Below are positions 49,392 to 59,398 of a stretch of DNA of 64,000 bases, one piece after another. The notes under the pieces were generated by a model. That model saw only the letters and a list, made by a program, of their open reading frames with translations. It searched no databases and was not told the DNA's origin. Both the position numbers and the translations under genes were made by a program. Position 1 is the first letter of the stretch. Each line of letters starts with the position of its first letter. The stretch is from Candidatus Thorarchaeota archaeon (GTDB lineage: Archaea; Asgardarchaeota; Thorarchaeia; Thorarchaeales; Thorarchaeaceae): positions 1 to 64,000 of the forward strand of contig JAFGAR010000064.1 of NCBI GenBank assembly GCA_016933575.1. Direction: 5' to 3'.

Positions 49392-50864
49392 ATGAGGATG
49401 AGAAACATGACCGATTCAAAAAAGAAAAGAAAGGAAGAGCAACTAACAACTGCCTCTGGTTTTCCCGTTTCAGATAATCAGAACTCGATAACTGCTGGAG
49501 AACGCGGTCCATTATTAGTCGAGGATTTTCATCTATTTGAGAAACTGGCTCACTTCCATAGAGAACGTATTCCTGAACGTGTTGTTCATGCGAAGGGAGC
49601 TGGAGCTTTTGGTACATTCACAGTGACTCATAATATAACCAAATATACGAAAGCGAAGCTATTCTCAAAAGTTGGAAAGGCGACTGATGTCTTTCTCCGT
49701 TTTTCGACAGTCGCTGGAGAGAGAGGATCAGCAGATACAGTACGTGATGTACGTGGATTTGCTATCAAGTTCTATACCGAAGAAGGAAATTGGGATATGA
49801 CTGGAAATAACACCCCAGTATTCTTCGTTCGCGATCCCCTGAAATTTAGTGATTTTATCCACACACAGAAACGTCTTCCACAGACTAACCTTCGAAGTGA
49901 GACCATGTGGTGGGATTTCTGGTCTCTCTGTCCAGAGTCTCTTCATCAGGTAACAATTCTGTTCTCTGACCGAGGGACGCCCTATGGTCATACACACATG
50001 AATGGGTATGGAAGTCACACATATAGTTTCATTAATGCAAAGGATGAACGATTCTGGGTGAAGTTCCATATCAAGACCAAACAGGGAATTAAGAATTTCA
50101 GTGCTGATGAAGCAGCACGAATGACTTCACAAGATCCTGATTGGTCCACTCGAGACCTCTTTGAACGGATTAAGAGGGGTGATTTTCCGAAGTGGAGTTT
50201 CAAAATTCAGATAATGCCTGAAGAGGACGCAAAGACATATCGTTGGAATCCCTTTGATTTGACCAAAGTCTGGCCTCATAGTGATTATCCTTTGATGGAC
50301 GTAGGGGTGCTTGAGTTGAACAAGAATCCAGAGAATTACTTTGCTGACGTGGAACAGGCAGCTTTTGCTCCTTCCAATGTAGTCCCTGGAATTTCGTTCT
50401 CACCGGATAAAATGCTTCAGGCTAGGATTTTCTCCTATGCAGATGCCCATCGATATAGGCTAGGGGTCAATTATCAGTTATTACCAGTAAATCGTGCTAG
50501 AAATGCAAAAGTACACAACTATCAACGCGATGGCTTTATGAGATTTGATGGAAATGCTGGCGCCAATGTCAATTACGAGCCCAATAGTTTTGGTGGTCCA
50601 GTTGAGAATCCTGCTTTTCGAGATCCGCCTCTGAAGATTTTCGGAGATGCAGATAGGTATAATCAACCAAGGGTTGAAGATGATTTCACTCAACCTGGCA
50701 ATCTCTTTAGACTGATGTCAAAAGAGGAACAGGAACGGCTCATTGCTAACATCGTGAATTCGTTGAAGAATGTACCTGAATTCATACAGAAGCGTATGCT
50801 TGAGTACTTCCATAAGGCTGATGCTAATTATGGGAAGGGTGTTCAGAAAGGTTTGGGATTATAG
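49392..50864 (+). CDS. katA: Monofunctional heme catalase (small subunit)
   Basis: [13 protein letters not shown] (distal His), [29 protein letters not shown] (proximal Tyr). Confidence 0.97.
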   Translation: MRMRNMTDSKKKRKEEQLTTASGFPVSDNQNSITAGERGPLLVEDFHLFEKLAHFHRERIPERVVHAKGAGAFGTFTVTHNITKYTKAKLFSKVGKATDVFLRFSTVAGERGSADTVRDVRGFAIKFYTEEGNWDMTGNNTPVFFVRDPLKFSDFIHTQKRLPQTNLRSETMWWDFWSLCPESLHQVTILFSDRGTPYGHTHMNGYGSHTYSFINAKDERFWVKFHIKTKQGIKNFSADEAARMTSQDPDWSTRDLFERIKRGDFPKWSFKIQIMPEEDAKTYRWNPFDLTKVWPHSDYPLMDVGVLELNKNPENYFADVEQAAFAPSNVVPGISFSPDKMLQARIFSYADAHRYRLGVNYQLLPVNRARNAKVHNYQRDGFMRFDGNAGANVNYEPNSFGGPVENPAFRDPPLKIFGDADRYNQPRVEDDFTQPGNLFRLMSKEEQERLIANIVNSLKNVPEFIQKRMLEYFHKADANYGKGVQKGLGL

Positions 50865-50879
50865 AAACTCAATTTAAAA

Positions 50880-50911
50880 AAGAAGGGATTGACTCCCTTC
50901 TTCTATCTTTT
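50880..50911 (+). terminator. Hairpin terminator between convergent genes
   Basis: AAGAAGGGA-TTGAC-TCCCTTCTT flanked by an A-run and a U-rich tract. Confidence 0.65.
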
Positions 50912-50927
50912 GATTTCTTGTTCGTAT

Positions 50928-52070
50928 CTATTCGATAGTCAATAGTGAATGAACTGCTGATGCTAGCGCTGCTATGGTGAATAAGGAAAGGATTGATGGA
51001 ATTCCCATACCTAGTCCCAATAGTAGTGCTGCAGCGAATGATCCCAATGCAATCGCGGAGTCAACTCCTGCGGAATAGATTGCCATACCTTTTGCTTCTG
51101 ACTTTGTAGATACACTTGATACAAATGAATTGAGAGCAATGTTCGCAGAGGCTAAGCCAAAACCAATCAATGCTGCGGCTATAATATATCCAATGATATC
51201 CGTGAGAATGACAAGAGTAGTAATTCCTCCTACAACGAATACTGCTCCAATTGATGCAACTCCTCTGTATTGAGAGTTGCCTGTCCAGACGCCACCAAAT
51301 ACGGAACCTATTATTTGAGCAAATGCGAAAGCTGTAAAGAACAGTCCTGGATTGTCTATACCATGAAGCACTGCTACTTCTGGAGAGTAGCTTAGTAATA
51401 ATCCATGCGGGATGAAGAGAAGAGCAATAGATATTGTAGGAGTCAGGACTGCTCGTTCAGGCATTCCCGATATCGGAACTTCATGTTCCAATACAGGTGG
51501 AATCGATCTCCAAACACAGATTGATAGTAGTGTGCTTATGATACCTATTCCAAATCCAATTTGAAAACAGAATATGAAATTCTCAAGTGACTGTATTGTA
51601 ATAATCCAACTACCAATTACTGGGAAAAACATTAGACTCAGAGACCCGAAGACATTTAGATATCCCAATGCTGCACTCATTCTAACACTCTCTGTATTTT
51701 CAGAGATCATTGTGAGGATAGTGACTGTTGACAGAGCCCATCCAAAACCCTGAACTGCTCTAATCACGTATACAGTTGCTATGTTCGATGCAAGTGAATA
51801 CCAACCAAGCGTAAGTGTGAGTACTACATTCCCAATAACAAGTGCGGCAGCATCGTCTATCTTTTCAATGATCAAACCAGACAAAAACCTTGATAGGACT
51901 GCTGAGAGGGTGAAGATCCCAAACGCGGTTCCTAGAGTCCCCGCTTCGCCAGACAGAAAGAGAATATAGTCCTGTAGTGCTGTCAGGACAAGGTTGTATG
52001 CAGAATACACTGCAAATGCAACTACTATAGTGTACTTGGTTGCAGCAGATAGGGGCTCTCTGTATTTCAT
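50928..52070 (-). CDS. MFS transporter
   Basis: 12-TM pattern, IRAVQGFG. Confidence 0.85.
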   Translation of the reverse strand: MKYREPLSAATKYTIVVAFAVYSAYNLVLTALQDYILFLSGEAGTLGTAFGIFTLSAVLSRFLSGLIIEKIDDAAALVIGNVVLTLTLGWYSLASNIATVYVIRAVQGFGWALSTVTILTMISENTESVRMSAALGYLNVFGSLSLMFFPVIGSWIITIQSLENFIFCFQIGFGIGIISTLLSICVWRSIPPVLEHEVPISGMPERAVLTPTISIALLFIPHGLLLSYSPEVAVLHGIDNPGLFFTAFAFAQIIGSVFGGVWTGNSQYRGVASIGAVFVVGGITTLVILTDIIGYIIAAALIGFGLASANIALNSFVSSVSTKSEAKGMAIYSAGVDSAIALGSFAAALLLGLGMGIPSILSLFTIAALASAVHSLLTIE

Positions 52071-52278
52071 TTACTCTAGTCACTATATCGCTGAATATTG
52101 AATCGGGTTATATCGTTGCTGGCCTGATCTTCAAAATACATACTGTCAGATCTTATTTTATTGAGTGAGTGTAATCTTCGTTACGCAAATTATGCACGAA
52201 GTCTCAATAATGAGTTAGAAATACTTGAAGAAGAAAATATATGTGGATTTGAAACTATTAATTCTCAAGTGGTAAGAT

Positions 52279-53163
52279 TTGAGGTTGCAGCAAAAGAGAG
52301 CATGTGCTTCCGCGATACTTGTTTCACTCACACTAGCAATGATGCTGGTATCACTTCAAACTGACCCCGTGAAAGCGAATCCAGTAGTCATTGGGCTTAT
52401 CCGATCGGAATATGGCACTATTACTAATGGCACCTTAGTCTCAATGCCTTTTGCTAATGTCAGAGCTGATATTGTTAGGGCTCAGAATGAAATTAATGTT
52501 CAAATGGAGGGCAATTACACAATAACGACAAATCTGTCTCAAAATGCTACTCTTGGCTTTGCGTTTCCAAAGAATCAAAGTCTAATTGAAGATTTCACAA
52601 TGCAAATCTACATGAACAGCACACTTGTGAGTCATCAAATTTTTGGATGGGACGATTTTGAAATGCAAGCAGTTTTTTCGAATTGCACTGTTGATGATTA
52701 TCTCACCGTATACTGGGCGAGCTTTGCCATCTTTAATTTCGAATTAATCGGGAATGCGACATATATTATGAATGTAAATTCCACAATGACCACAGGCATT
52801 GCATTTTATGAGGGTTATGAAACTTTGGGAAATGAATATTGGTATGAGTACATAGTTGCAAGCGCCAATACTTTCAATGGAAGTACAATTGAAACTGTGA
52901 CTTTTTCCATCTATGACGAACCAGATTTCGATTCCAAATCCTATATACCTGATGAGTATCTTACTGTGTCTGACTATGATGATTATAGTGAGGCTATTTG
53001 GCATTTTAATACTAGCGAATTCACGGATGAAAGAGTAAGATTCAAGGGATGTATTAATGCGCCATTTTATCAACAACCAGGATTCAACACAATCGTCGTA
53101 TTTGGATTAGTTGTTATTGGACTCATATCTGTGGCTATCATATACCGAAAATTCATTTCATGA
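52279..53163 (+). CDS. Secreted, C-terminally anchored glycoprotein; paralog of 58473-59348
   Basis: Signal peptide ..KA|NP, SMPFA.V, QNATL.F.P, YIV.SA.TF.G.TIE, TM + RK. Confidence 0.75.
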   Translation: MRLQQKRACASAILVSLTLAMMLVSLQTDPVKANPVVIGLIRSEYGTITNGTLVSMPFANVRADIVRAQNEINVQMEGNYTITTNLSQNATLGFAFPKNQSLIEDFTMQIYMNSTLVSHQIFGWDDFEMQAVFSNCTVDDYLTVYWASFAIFNFELIGNATYIMNVNSTMTTGIAFYEGYETLGNEYWYEYIVASANTFNGSTIETVTFSIYDEPDFDSKSYIPDEYLTVSDYDDYSEAIWHFNTSEFTDERVRFKGCINAPFYQQPGFNTIVVFGLVVIGLISVAIIYRKFIS

Positions 53164-53226
53164 ATTAGTCTAGTTGCTTTCAACAAGAGCTTCTTATAAT
53201 ACCGCTAGTTCAGCTCGAAATAGTGG

Positions 53227-54642
53227 TTGATCTTTTTGAACGATGACACTGACATCTCATCTCTACGTGATGTACCGAATTCAAAGGATAAAGAACCGGA
53301 ACTGACTTGGAGAATGTCTGTTAGGTATCTCATGTCTAATAAGAATTTCAAAGTCTTTGTCATCACGAATTGGATTATGGGAAGCCTAAACGTTGTCTGG
53401 GGAGTTCTGAATCTCTACTTGCGAGACCTTGGCATAGAATATGTTTCACTAGGTATTCTATTCTCAGTGATGACAATTGTCACATTGTTTGGTACACTTG
53501 TCGCGAGTTATCTGGCTGATAATTATAATCGCCGGAATCTCGCAATCATTACGATGCTAATCAATGGCCTTGCTTTTCTAATCCTCTCAATGGCAAGCTC
53601 GATTGAAATAGTGGCGCTTGGTCTGATAACTCTTGCAACATCAAATTTCACAGGCCAAGGAGGCACCGCTTACATCTTCCAGGTCACTGATCGTCGATAT
53701 GGCGGTGTCGCAGTAAGTCTCTTTACCATGGGAACTCTCTTTGCCTTGGGTCCTCTCTTTGCTATGGCTATTATGTTCAATATGGGCTGGGGTTTTATCG
53801 CTATCATGCGTACAATTTTCCTCGTCGGAGCAATCCTATTTGCAGTAACTGCCATTATTAGAATTATCTGGCTTGACTCAACGCCTATTCCAAATAGGGA
53901 AAGACATCAGTCAATACTCAAAGACTTCATCTCTGAGAGTTTTCGCGGTCTTCGTTTGTTAGTAAGAGTGTTTCCAATCTTTGTCGCAGTGATGATGATT
54001 GATGCTATGAGTGATAATATGTATGGATTCTCAAATCTCTTCTATGTAAACGAGACCTTGAACTTCAACATTGGTCAGATATTTTTGATGTTACTCATCA
54101 CCCTTGCATTGTCTGTGCCACTCACGCTCTTTCTCGGTCGCTGGTTTGACAAACATGGCGGTAAGAGGATTACAATTGCAGTCTACTCAGTAATGCCATT
54201 AGCCCTAACATTATTGATAGTTGCAAAGTACGTGAAATATATAGTTCCTGAGGAGTGGGTTGCTTTACTTGATGGTCTGTACCCTGGACTTGGAGTAATA
54301 TTTTCACTTGCATTTATTGCAACAGCAATGAAGACGACTAATGACAATCTCTGGGGAACTGTGATGAATGCGTACATTCAGAAGTCTCTTCCACGTGAAG
54401 ATTTGGGTAAAATGCTGGGTCTCTCAGCATTATTGGTCCTTCTTATAGGAACCGTTGCTCCAATCTTCTCGGGATATATCTACAGTCTCTTTGAAGGAGT
54501 CCCTCTTATTGTCGGCGCAATCATACTCAATATTGTCATTCTGATAATTCTGATCACTAAAAACATAGAACCTCGGGTTGATATTGAGAAGCTGGAAGCT
54601 GAGCTAAGAGGAGAGTCTATTGTACGATCTGACATGTCATGA
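53227..54642 (+). CDS. MFS transporter
   Basis: YLADNYNRR and GRWFDKHGGKR motif A copies. Confidence 0.88.
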   Translation: MIFLNDDTDISSLRDVPNSKDKEPELTWRMSVRYLMSNKNFKVFVITNWIMGSLNVVWGVLNLYLRDLGIEYVSLGILFSVMTIVTLFGTLVASYLADNYNRRNLAIITMLINGLAFLILSMASSIEIVALGLITLATSNFTGQGGTAYIFQVTDRRYGGVAVSLFTMGTLFALGPLFAMAIMFNMGWGFIAIMRTIFLVGAILFAVTAIIRIIWLDSTPIPNRERHQSILKDFISESFRGLRLLVRVFPIFVAVMMIDAMSDNMYGFSNLFYVNETLNFNIGQIFLMLLITLALSVPLTLFLGRWFDKHGGKRITIAVYSVMPLALTLLIVAKYVKYIVPEEWVALLDGLYPGLGVIFSLAFIATAMKTTNDNLWGTVMNAYIQKSLPREDLGKMLGLSALLVLLIGTVAPIFSGYIYSLFEGVPLIVGAIILNIVILIILITKNIEPRVDIEKLEAELRGESIVRSDMS

Positions 54643-54690
54643 TTCATGAAAATTATCCTCCATATAGCAGAACAGGTGAGATTGGAAAAT

Positions 54691-55644
54691 TCACTTGAAA
54701 TTAATCGAATGTACAATCATGCGAGAATTGACATTGAAACCGATTTTTTTGTACAGATTGTATGCAGTCGTGTTTTTTGCATCAACACCAATACTGACCA
54801 TTTTGCACCCCCCTGCTATCATTTCTTTGATAGTTTTAAGAAGCATATTCTTTGCAATTCCCTTCCTTCTATACTCATCAAGAATTCCAAACAAGTGAAT
54901 ATGCTCTTCTTCGTTTCGGGAGTGAACAATCACAAATCCAAAGATTCTTTCACCATCCTTCCAAACGAATGAAAGATACTTGTTGAATAGATCACTATGA
55001 ATAGCTTGTTCAAATTTTTCCCTCTTCTGACTTTCAGAGCTATTAAGGAATTCTGTATCTTGACTCTTTGAGAATGTATCATGATAGCATTTGTAAAGGT
55101 CCTCTTCGTCCGCATACTGCAACCAGACCAACCAATAGCCAAGCTTGTCAGTCCGTGGAACCTTGAAATGTTCCAACTGAAGGGTCAGATAGACGTCATC
55201 TTCAGATTTTCCAATACCCTTACCATTGAACCACTTTGCACACCTTTGATAATCTTCGTGATTGTTATCATTGATTTCACTAAATTTTGCATCAATCCGA
55301 GTTATCTCATTGGACTTGGCATAATCCAGTATCCCTTCTAGAAGAAGGTTAGCAATTTCATCTTCATCATCGGTTTGTTCAATAATAGGCTGCCATCGAC
55401 CCAATTCAACAATAGACTTTGTATCTCTATTCAATGACGCCCAACCACACAGAGTTCCTTTTCTTCTCACCATCAAAATTTTCTCAGCAGGAAATCTATC
55501 CTGAATGTTGGTCAAGTATCTTCTAATTCCATCAGCATCTTCCGTATTCCTATAAACTCCAATTCTATTGTTAAAAACAAAATTGGATACTTCATCTATA
55601 ATTGATTCGTTCCAACCCTCAGTAATTAGCTCGAGCTCCGTCAT
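54691..55644 (-). CDS. Tandem GNAT acetyltransferase
   Basis: C-terminal GI..EYRRKGIAK..L, V...N..AYNLYKKIGF. Confidence 0.85.
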   Translation of the reverse strand: MTELELITEGWNESIIDEVSNFVFNNRIGVYRNTEDADGIRRYLTNIQDRFPAEKILMVRRKGTLCGWASLNRDTKSIVELGRWQPIIEQTDDEDEIANLLLEGILDYAKSNEITRIDAKFSEINDNNHEDYQRCAKWFNGKGIGKSEDDVYLTLQLEHFKVPRTDKLGYWLVWLQYADEEDLYKCYHDTFSKSQDTEFLNSSESQKREKFEQAIHSDLFNKYLSFVWKDGERIFGFVIVHSRNEEEHIHLFGILDEYRRKGIAKNMLLKTIKEMIAGGCKMVSIGVDAKNTTAYNLYKKIGFNVNSRMIVHSINFK

Positions 55645-55722
55645 TATTACAGAATGAATGAATAGCTAGTTATGATTCTTTCTACCAATTTCTGGTGTGC
55701 GAAAACCAAAAAAAAATTGACA

Positions 55723-58323
55723 TTACTCAGTTCTTCTTTTGGCCTCTTCCTGCATTTCTTTTAGTTTCACTAGTGCATCTACAGGAGTTGTTCTATCCAA
55801 ATCCAAGTTCCTGATTTCATCAATAAGTGGATCCTCAATCACAAGGGATTCCAAACTTGCTTGTTCTGTTGACTTGAAATCGATTGCACTATCACCAACA
55901 GTAACACGATTCTCCTTCTCAATCCTCAGGAGGATTTGGTTCGCTCGTTTCACAACTTCATCCGGAACTCCTGCTAAAGCAGCTACATGTATCCCGTAGC
56001 TCTTATCAGTTCCTCCATCGACAACCTTGTGAAGAAATACAATCGTATTGCCTGATTCTTTAGCAAGTGTGTGCACGTTCTTTACTCCATGATATTGTAA
56101 CGCCATATCAGTAAGTTGATGAAAATGCGTTGCAAAGAGCGTGCGTGTCTTCATCTGAACAATTCTCTCAGCAACCGCCCATGCAAGAGCCATCCCATCA
56201 AAGGTTGAGGTTCCTCTTCCTATCTCGTCAAGGATAACAAGACTACGATCTGTTGCATTATTCAGAATATTAGCAGTTTCAATCATTTCGATCATAAAGG
56301 TGCTTTGTTGTGCTGTAAGGTCATCAAATGCACCAACTCGTGTGAAGATCCTATCAACAAGACCAATCTCTGCACTCTTTGCAGGAATAAAAGATCCCAT
56401 TTGTGCAAGCAGTACAATGATGGCACATTGACGCATCCATGTCGATTTTCCAGCCATGTTCGGTCCAGTTACGATGATGAGTGTTGACCCACCATCTCCA
56501 ATCTCTACACTATTTGGCACAAACTCATTTGGCCCAAGTATCATCTCTAATGCTGCATGTCTTCCATCTACAATCTTGATTCTTGTTTTTTCTGTGATAG
56601 TTGGTCTACAATATCTCCGTGTGACTGCGATATCTGCTAGTGATGTGAGTACATCAGCAAGTGCAATAGCAGACGAGTTTTGTCGAAGCTTTGTTGATAC
56701 TCCTCGTACCTGTTCTCGAAGTTCCTCGTATATCTCAAATTCAAGTTTGTTTATTCTCTCCTCTCCTGCTAAGACTGCGGATTCCTTCTCCTTTAGATCC
56801 GGTGTGATGAATCTCTCAGCATTTGCTAGTGTCTGCTTTCTCTCATATTCTGATGGAGCCATATTCAGATTTGATTTAGTAATCTCAATATAATACCCAA
56901 AGACCTTGTTGAATCCGACTTTGAGAGATTTGATACCCGTTCTTCTTCTCTCTGTTTCTTGAAGGGCTGCAATCCATTTCTTATCAGAGGATATAGTGCC
57001 TTTGAGATTGTCCAAGTCTGAACTGAATCCCTTCTTGATCATCCCACCCTCTTTCACAGAAACTGGTGGGTCATCGACAATGGCAGCTTTCAAAGTATCA
57101 TGAAGCGCTTTCAGAGTATCTATTGACCCTGCAGCCTCGTGTAACAACTTACTTGAACAGGAAGATAGTGCTTTCTTAGTAGCAGGCAAGTTTGCGAGAG
57201 AGTTCCTCAATGCAAGGAGGTCTCGTGCTCCGGATGTACCAAACACAATCCTGCTTGTAATCCTCTCGAGGTCTCCGAGATTTCGTAAGCTATTTGAAAT
57301 ACTCTGCCGGTTCATTGCATTTCTTGCAAGTTCTTCAACTGCGTCTAATCTTTGTTCTATCGCATCCCTATTCCGTAGTGGTTGTTGTATCCACTGCTTT
57401 AGTTTTCTCTTTCCCATTGGAGTGACAGTCTTTGATAGAACACTGAATAAAGTCCCTCGTGGAGAACCATCTCTCGCGTTCTTTATGAGCTCAAGATTTC
57501 TCTGAGTCTGTGTATCAATGACCATGTGAGCATCAATAGAGTATGTTCTAAGCCCAGCGAGCGACACATTACTACTCCGATGGACTTCTTTGAGATATAC
57601 AAGAACAGCTCCCACAGCTCCTAAAGCTACTGCCTTTCCAGCAATACCATATCCCTCAATTGTAGCTACATTGAATTGTTCTTTTAACAGACTCTCTGCA
57701 TTTGATTTCGAGAAATCTAAATCATTTCGAAGTGTGACATGAATCCCAAGTTCCGAGAGTCTGGTTCTGACGTCTGATTTTGATTGAGAATTGGGGAGGA
57801 GTACCTCGGATGGAGAAATTCTCCCAATCTCGTTCATTACAGTTTCACTATCAAGAGTACCCCCAATCTGAGTAGCTGAAAAATCACCTGTAGAAATGTC
57901 AATTGCTGCAAGTCCCACCTCTTCATTATCTTCAAGTACAGCCAGTAGATAGTTGTTTGTGGAGTCCTCAAGCATTGAACTCTCAAGAACAGTCCCAGGT
58001 GTTATGATTCTTACAATATCTCGTTTAACAAGTCCTCTGGCTTGTGATGCATCCTCCATCTGCTCTGCGATTGCTACAGTGAATCCCTGTTGCAGTAGTT
58101 TTGCAATATAGCCATCAACAGCATGATATGGAACTCCGCAGAGCGGCCATCGATCCACTCCCTCACCTCGAGCAGTCAGTACAATATCAAGTGCTTTGCT
58201 CGCAACCTCTGCGTCTTCATTAAACATCTCATAGAAATCACCAAGCCTGAACATCAAGATGCAATCGGGATACTGTCTCTTCAACTGAAGATACTGCCGT
58301 TGCATCGGTGTTTGCTTGGTCAA
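55723..58323 (-). CDS. mutS: DNA mismatch repair protein MutS (MutS1)
   Basis: TPMQRQY, FRLGDFYEMF, GVPYH, TGPNMAGKST, DEIGRGTST.DG, FATHFH, SYGI.VA.LAG. Confidence 0.97.
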   Translation of the reverse strand: MTKQTPMQRQYLQLKRQYPDCILMFRLGDFYEMFNEDAEVASKALDIVLTARGEGVDRWPLCGVPYHAVDGYIAKLLQQGFTVAIAEQMEDASQARGLVKRDIVRIITPGTVLESSMLEDSTNNYLLAVLEDNEEVGLAAIDISTGDFSATQIGGTLDSETVMNEIGRISPSEVLLPNSQSKSDVRTRLSELGIHVTLRNDLDFSKSNAESLLKEQFNVATIEGYGIAGKAVALGAVGAVLVYLKEVHRSSNVSLAGLRTYSIDAHMVIDTQTQRNLELIKNARDGSPRGTLFSVLSKTVTPMGKRKLKQWIQQPLRNRDAIEQRLDAVEELARNAMNRQSISNSLRNLGDLERITSRIVFGTSGARDLLALRNSLANLPATKKALSSCSSKLLHEAAGSIDTLKALHDTLKAAIVDDPPVSVKEGGMIKKGFSSDLDNLKGTISSDKKWIAALQETERRRTGIKSLKVGFNKVFGYYIEITKSNLNMAPSEYERKQTLANAERFITPDLKEKESAVLAGEERINKLEFEIYEELREQVRGVSTKLRQNSSAIALADVLTSLADIAVTRRYCRPTITEKTRIKIVDGRHAALEMILGPNEFVPNSVEIGDGGSTLIIVTGPNMAGKSTWMRQCAIIVLLAQMGSFIPAKSAEIGLVDRIFTRVGAFDDLTAQQSTFMIEMIETANILNNATDRSLVILDEIGRGTSTFDGMALAWAVAERIVQMKTRTLFATHFHQLTDMALQYHGVKNVHTLAKESGNTIVFLHKVVDGGTDKSYGIHVAALAGVPDEVVKRANQILLRIEKENRVTVGDSAIDFKSTEQASLESLVIEDPLIDEIRNLDLDRTTPVDALVKLKEMQEEAKRRTE

Positions 58324-58472
58324 TGTGTCTCCCTACGTACTCTTCGTTTAGCTGACTCTCATATAATAGCATCGCCATTTGGAAAAGATACAATCCTGAA
58401 TTTCCTATTGTAATTCAAGAGAATTCTATGCACACAACATAGTTTATGAATCCTGGCGAACTCTGAAAAAGT

Positions 58473-59348
58473 GTGGTTGATGGGATGATAAGAAGAAAGA
58501 TCTCTAGTTTTCCAATTATACTGATTCTCTTCTCATTGACATTCATTTCAGTCTCAATACCCTCATGTAGTGCTAACTATGCAAACTGGGGTATCATGGT
58601 CAATGGGACGTCATTCAATAATGGGTCTCATATTAGTATGCCATTTGCAGATGTTCAAATCAATATAACGAGAACCGCATCAGTAGTCTATACTGCTTTG
58701 ACTTCCGAATTTCATATAACGACCAACACAACTCAAAATGCAACCCTTGCTTTTGTCTATCCTTCACCTATTCCGGATCGACTGCTCTATGAGGAAAACT
58801 CGAGTATGCAAATTTACGGCAATGGTTCACTATATAATTACACAGTATACGAATACGATGATTTTGCGGATGATGGATTCTCTGATAATTTTATGATTGA
58901 TTATCCCTTTGTACAACCTTGGACAAGTTTTGCTGTCTTTGATATTGAGTTGACAGCCAATACAACAATGATTCTCTCAACTATATCGAATACTGATTAT
59001 CTGGCAAATATGGACAAATTTGAGTATCATTACATTGTTGGAAGTGCAAGAACCTTTGAAGGTCATACAATCGAGCATATTCACTTCCATGTAGTCGAAC
59101 AAGTACCATTCTCAAGCTCTCACTTCTATCCCAACGAATCACTTTCAATTGTCAAGGATGGTATTGTGTCTGATGCACTATGGGACCTCAACATTACCGA
59201 ATTCTCGTTTGATATTGTAGGATTTGATGCTGAATACCAAGATCAGTTACTAATTTTCATACAGACGATTTCAGTATCTGGTTTTGTTATTTTCATTATC
59301 TTCATCATCTATCAGTTTGGTTACAAGAAATCGAAAAGTACTGGTTGA
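58473..59348 (+). CDS. Secreted, C-terminally anchored glycoprotein; paralog of 52279-53163
   Basis: SMPFADVQI, TTQNATLAFVYP, YHYIVGSARTFEGHTIE, C-terminal TM + KK. Confidence 0.75.
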   Translation: MVDGMIRRKISSFPIILILFSLTFISVSIPSCSANYANWGIMVNGTSFNNGSHISMPFADVQINITRTASVVYTALTSEFHITTNTTQNATLAFVYPSPIPDRLLYEENSSMQIYGNGSLYNYTVYEYDDFADDGFSDNFMIDYPFVQPWTSFAVFDIELTANTTMILSTISNTDYLANMDKFEYHYIVGSARTFEGHTIEHIHFHVVEQVPFSSSHFYPNESLSIVKDGIVSDALWDLNITEFSFDIVGFDAEYQDQLLIFIQTISVSGFVIFIIFIIYQFGYKKSKSTG

Positions 59349-59398
59349 GGAAAAGAAGGCTTTAAACATAAGAATAAGGACTTGTTTAATGAAGAATC

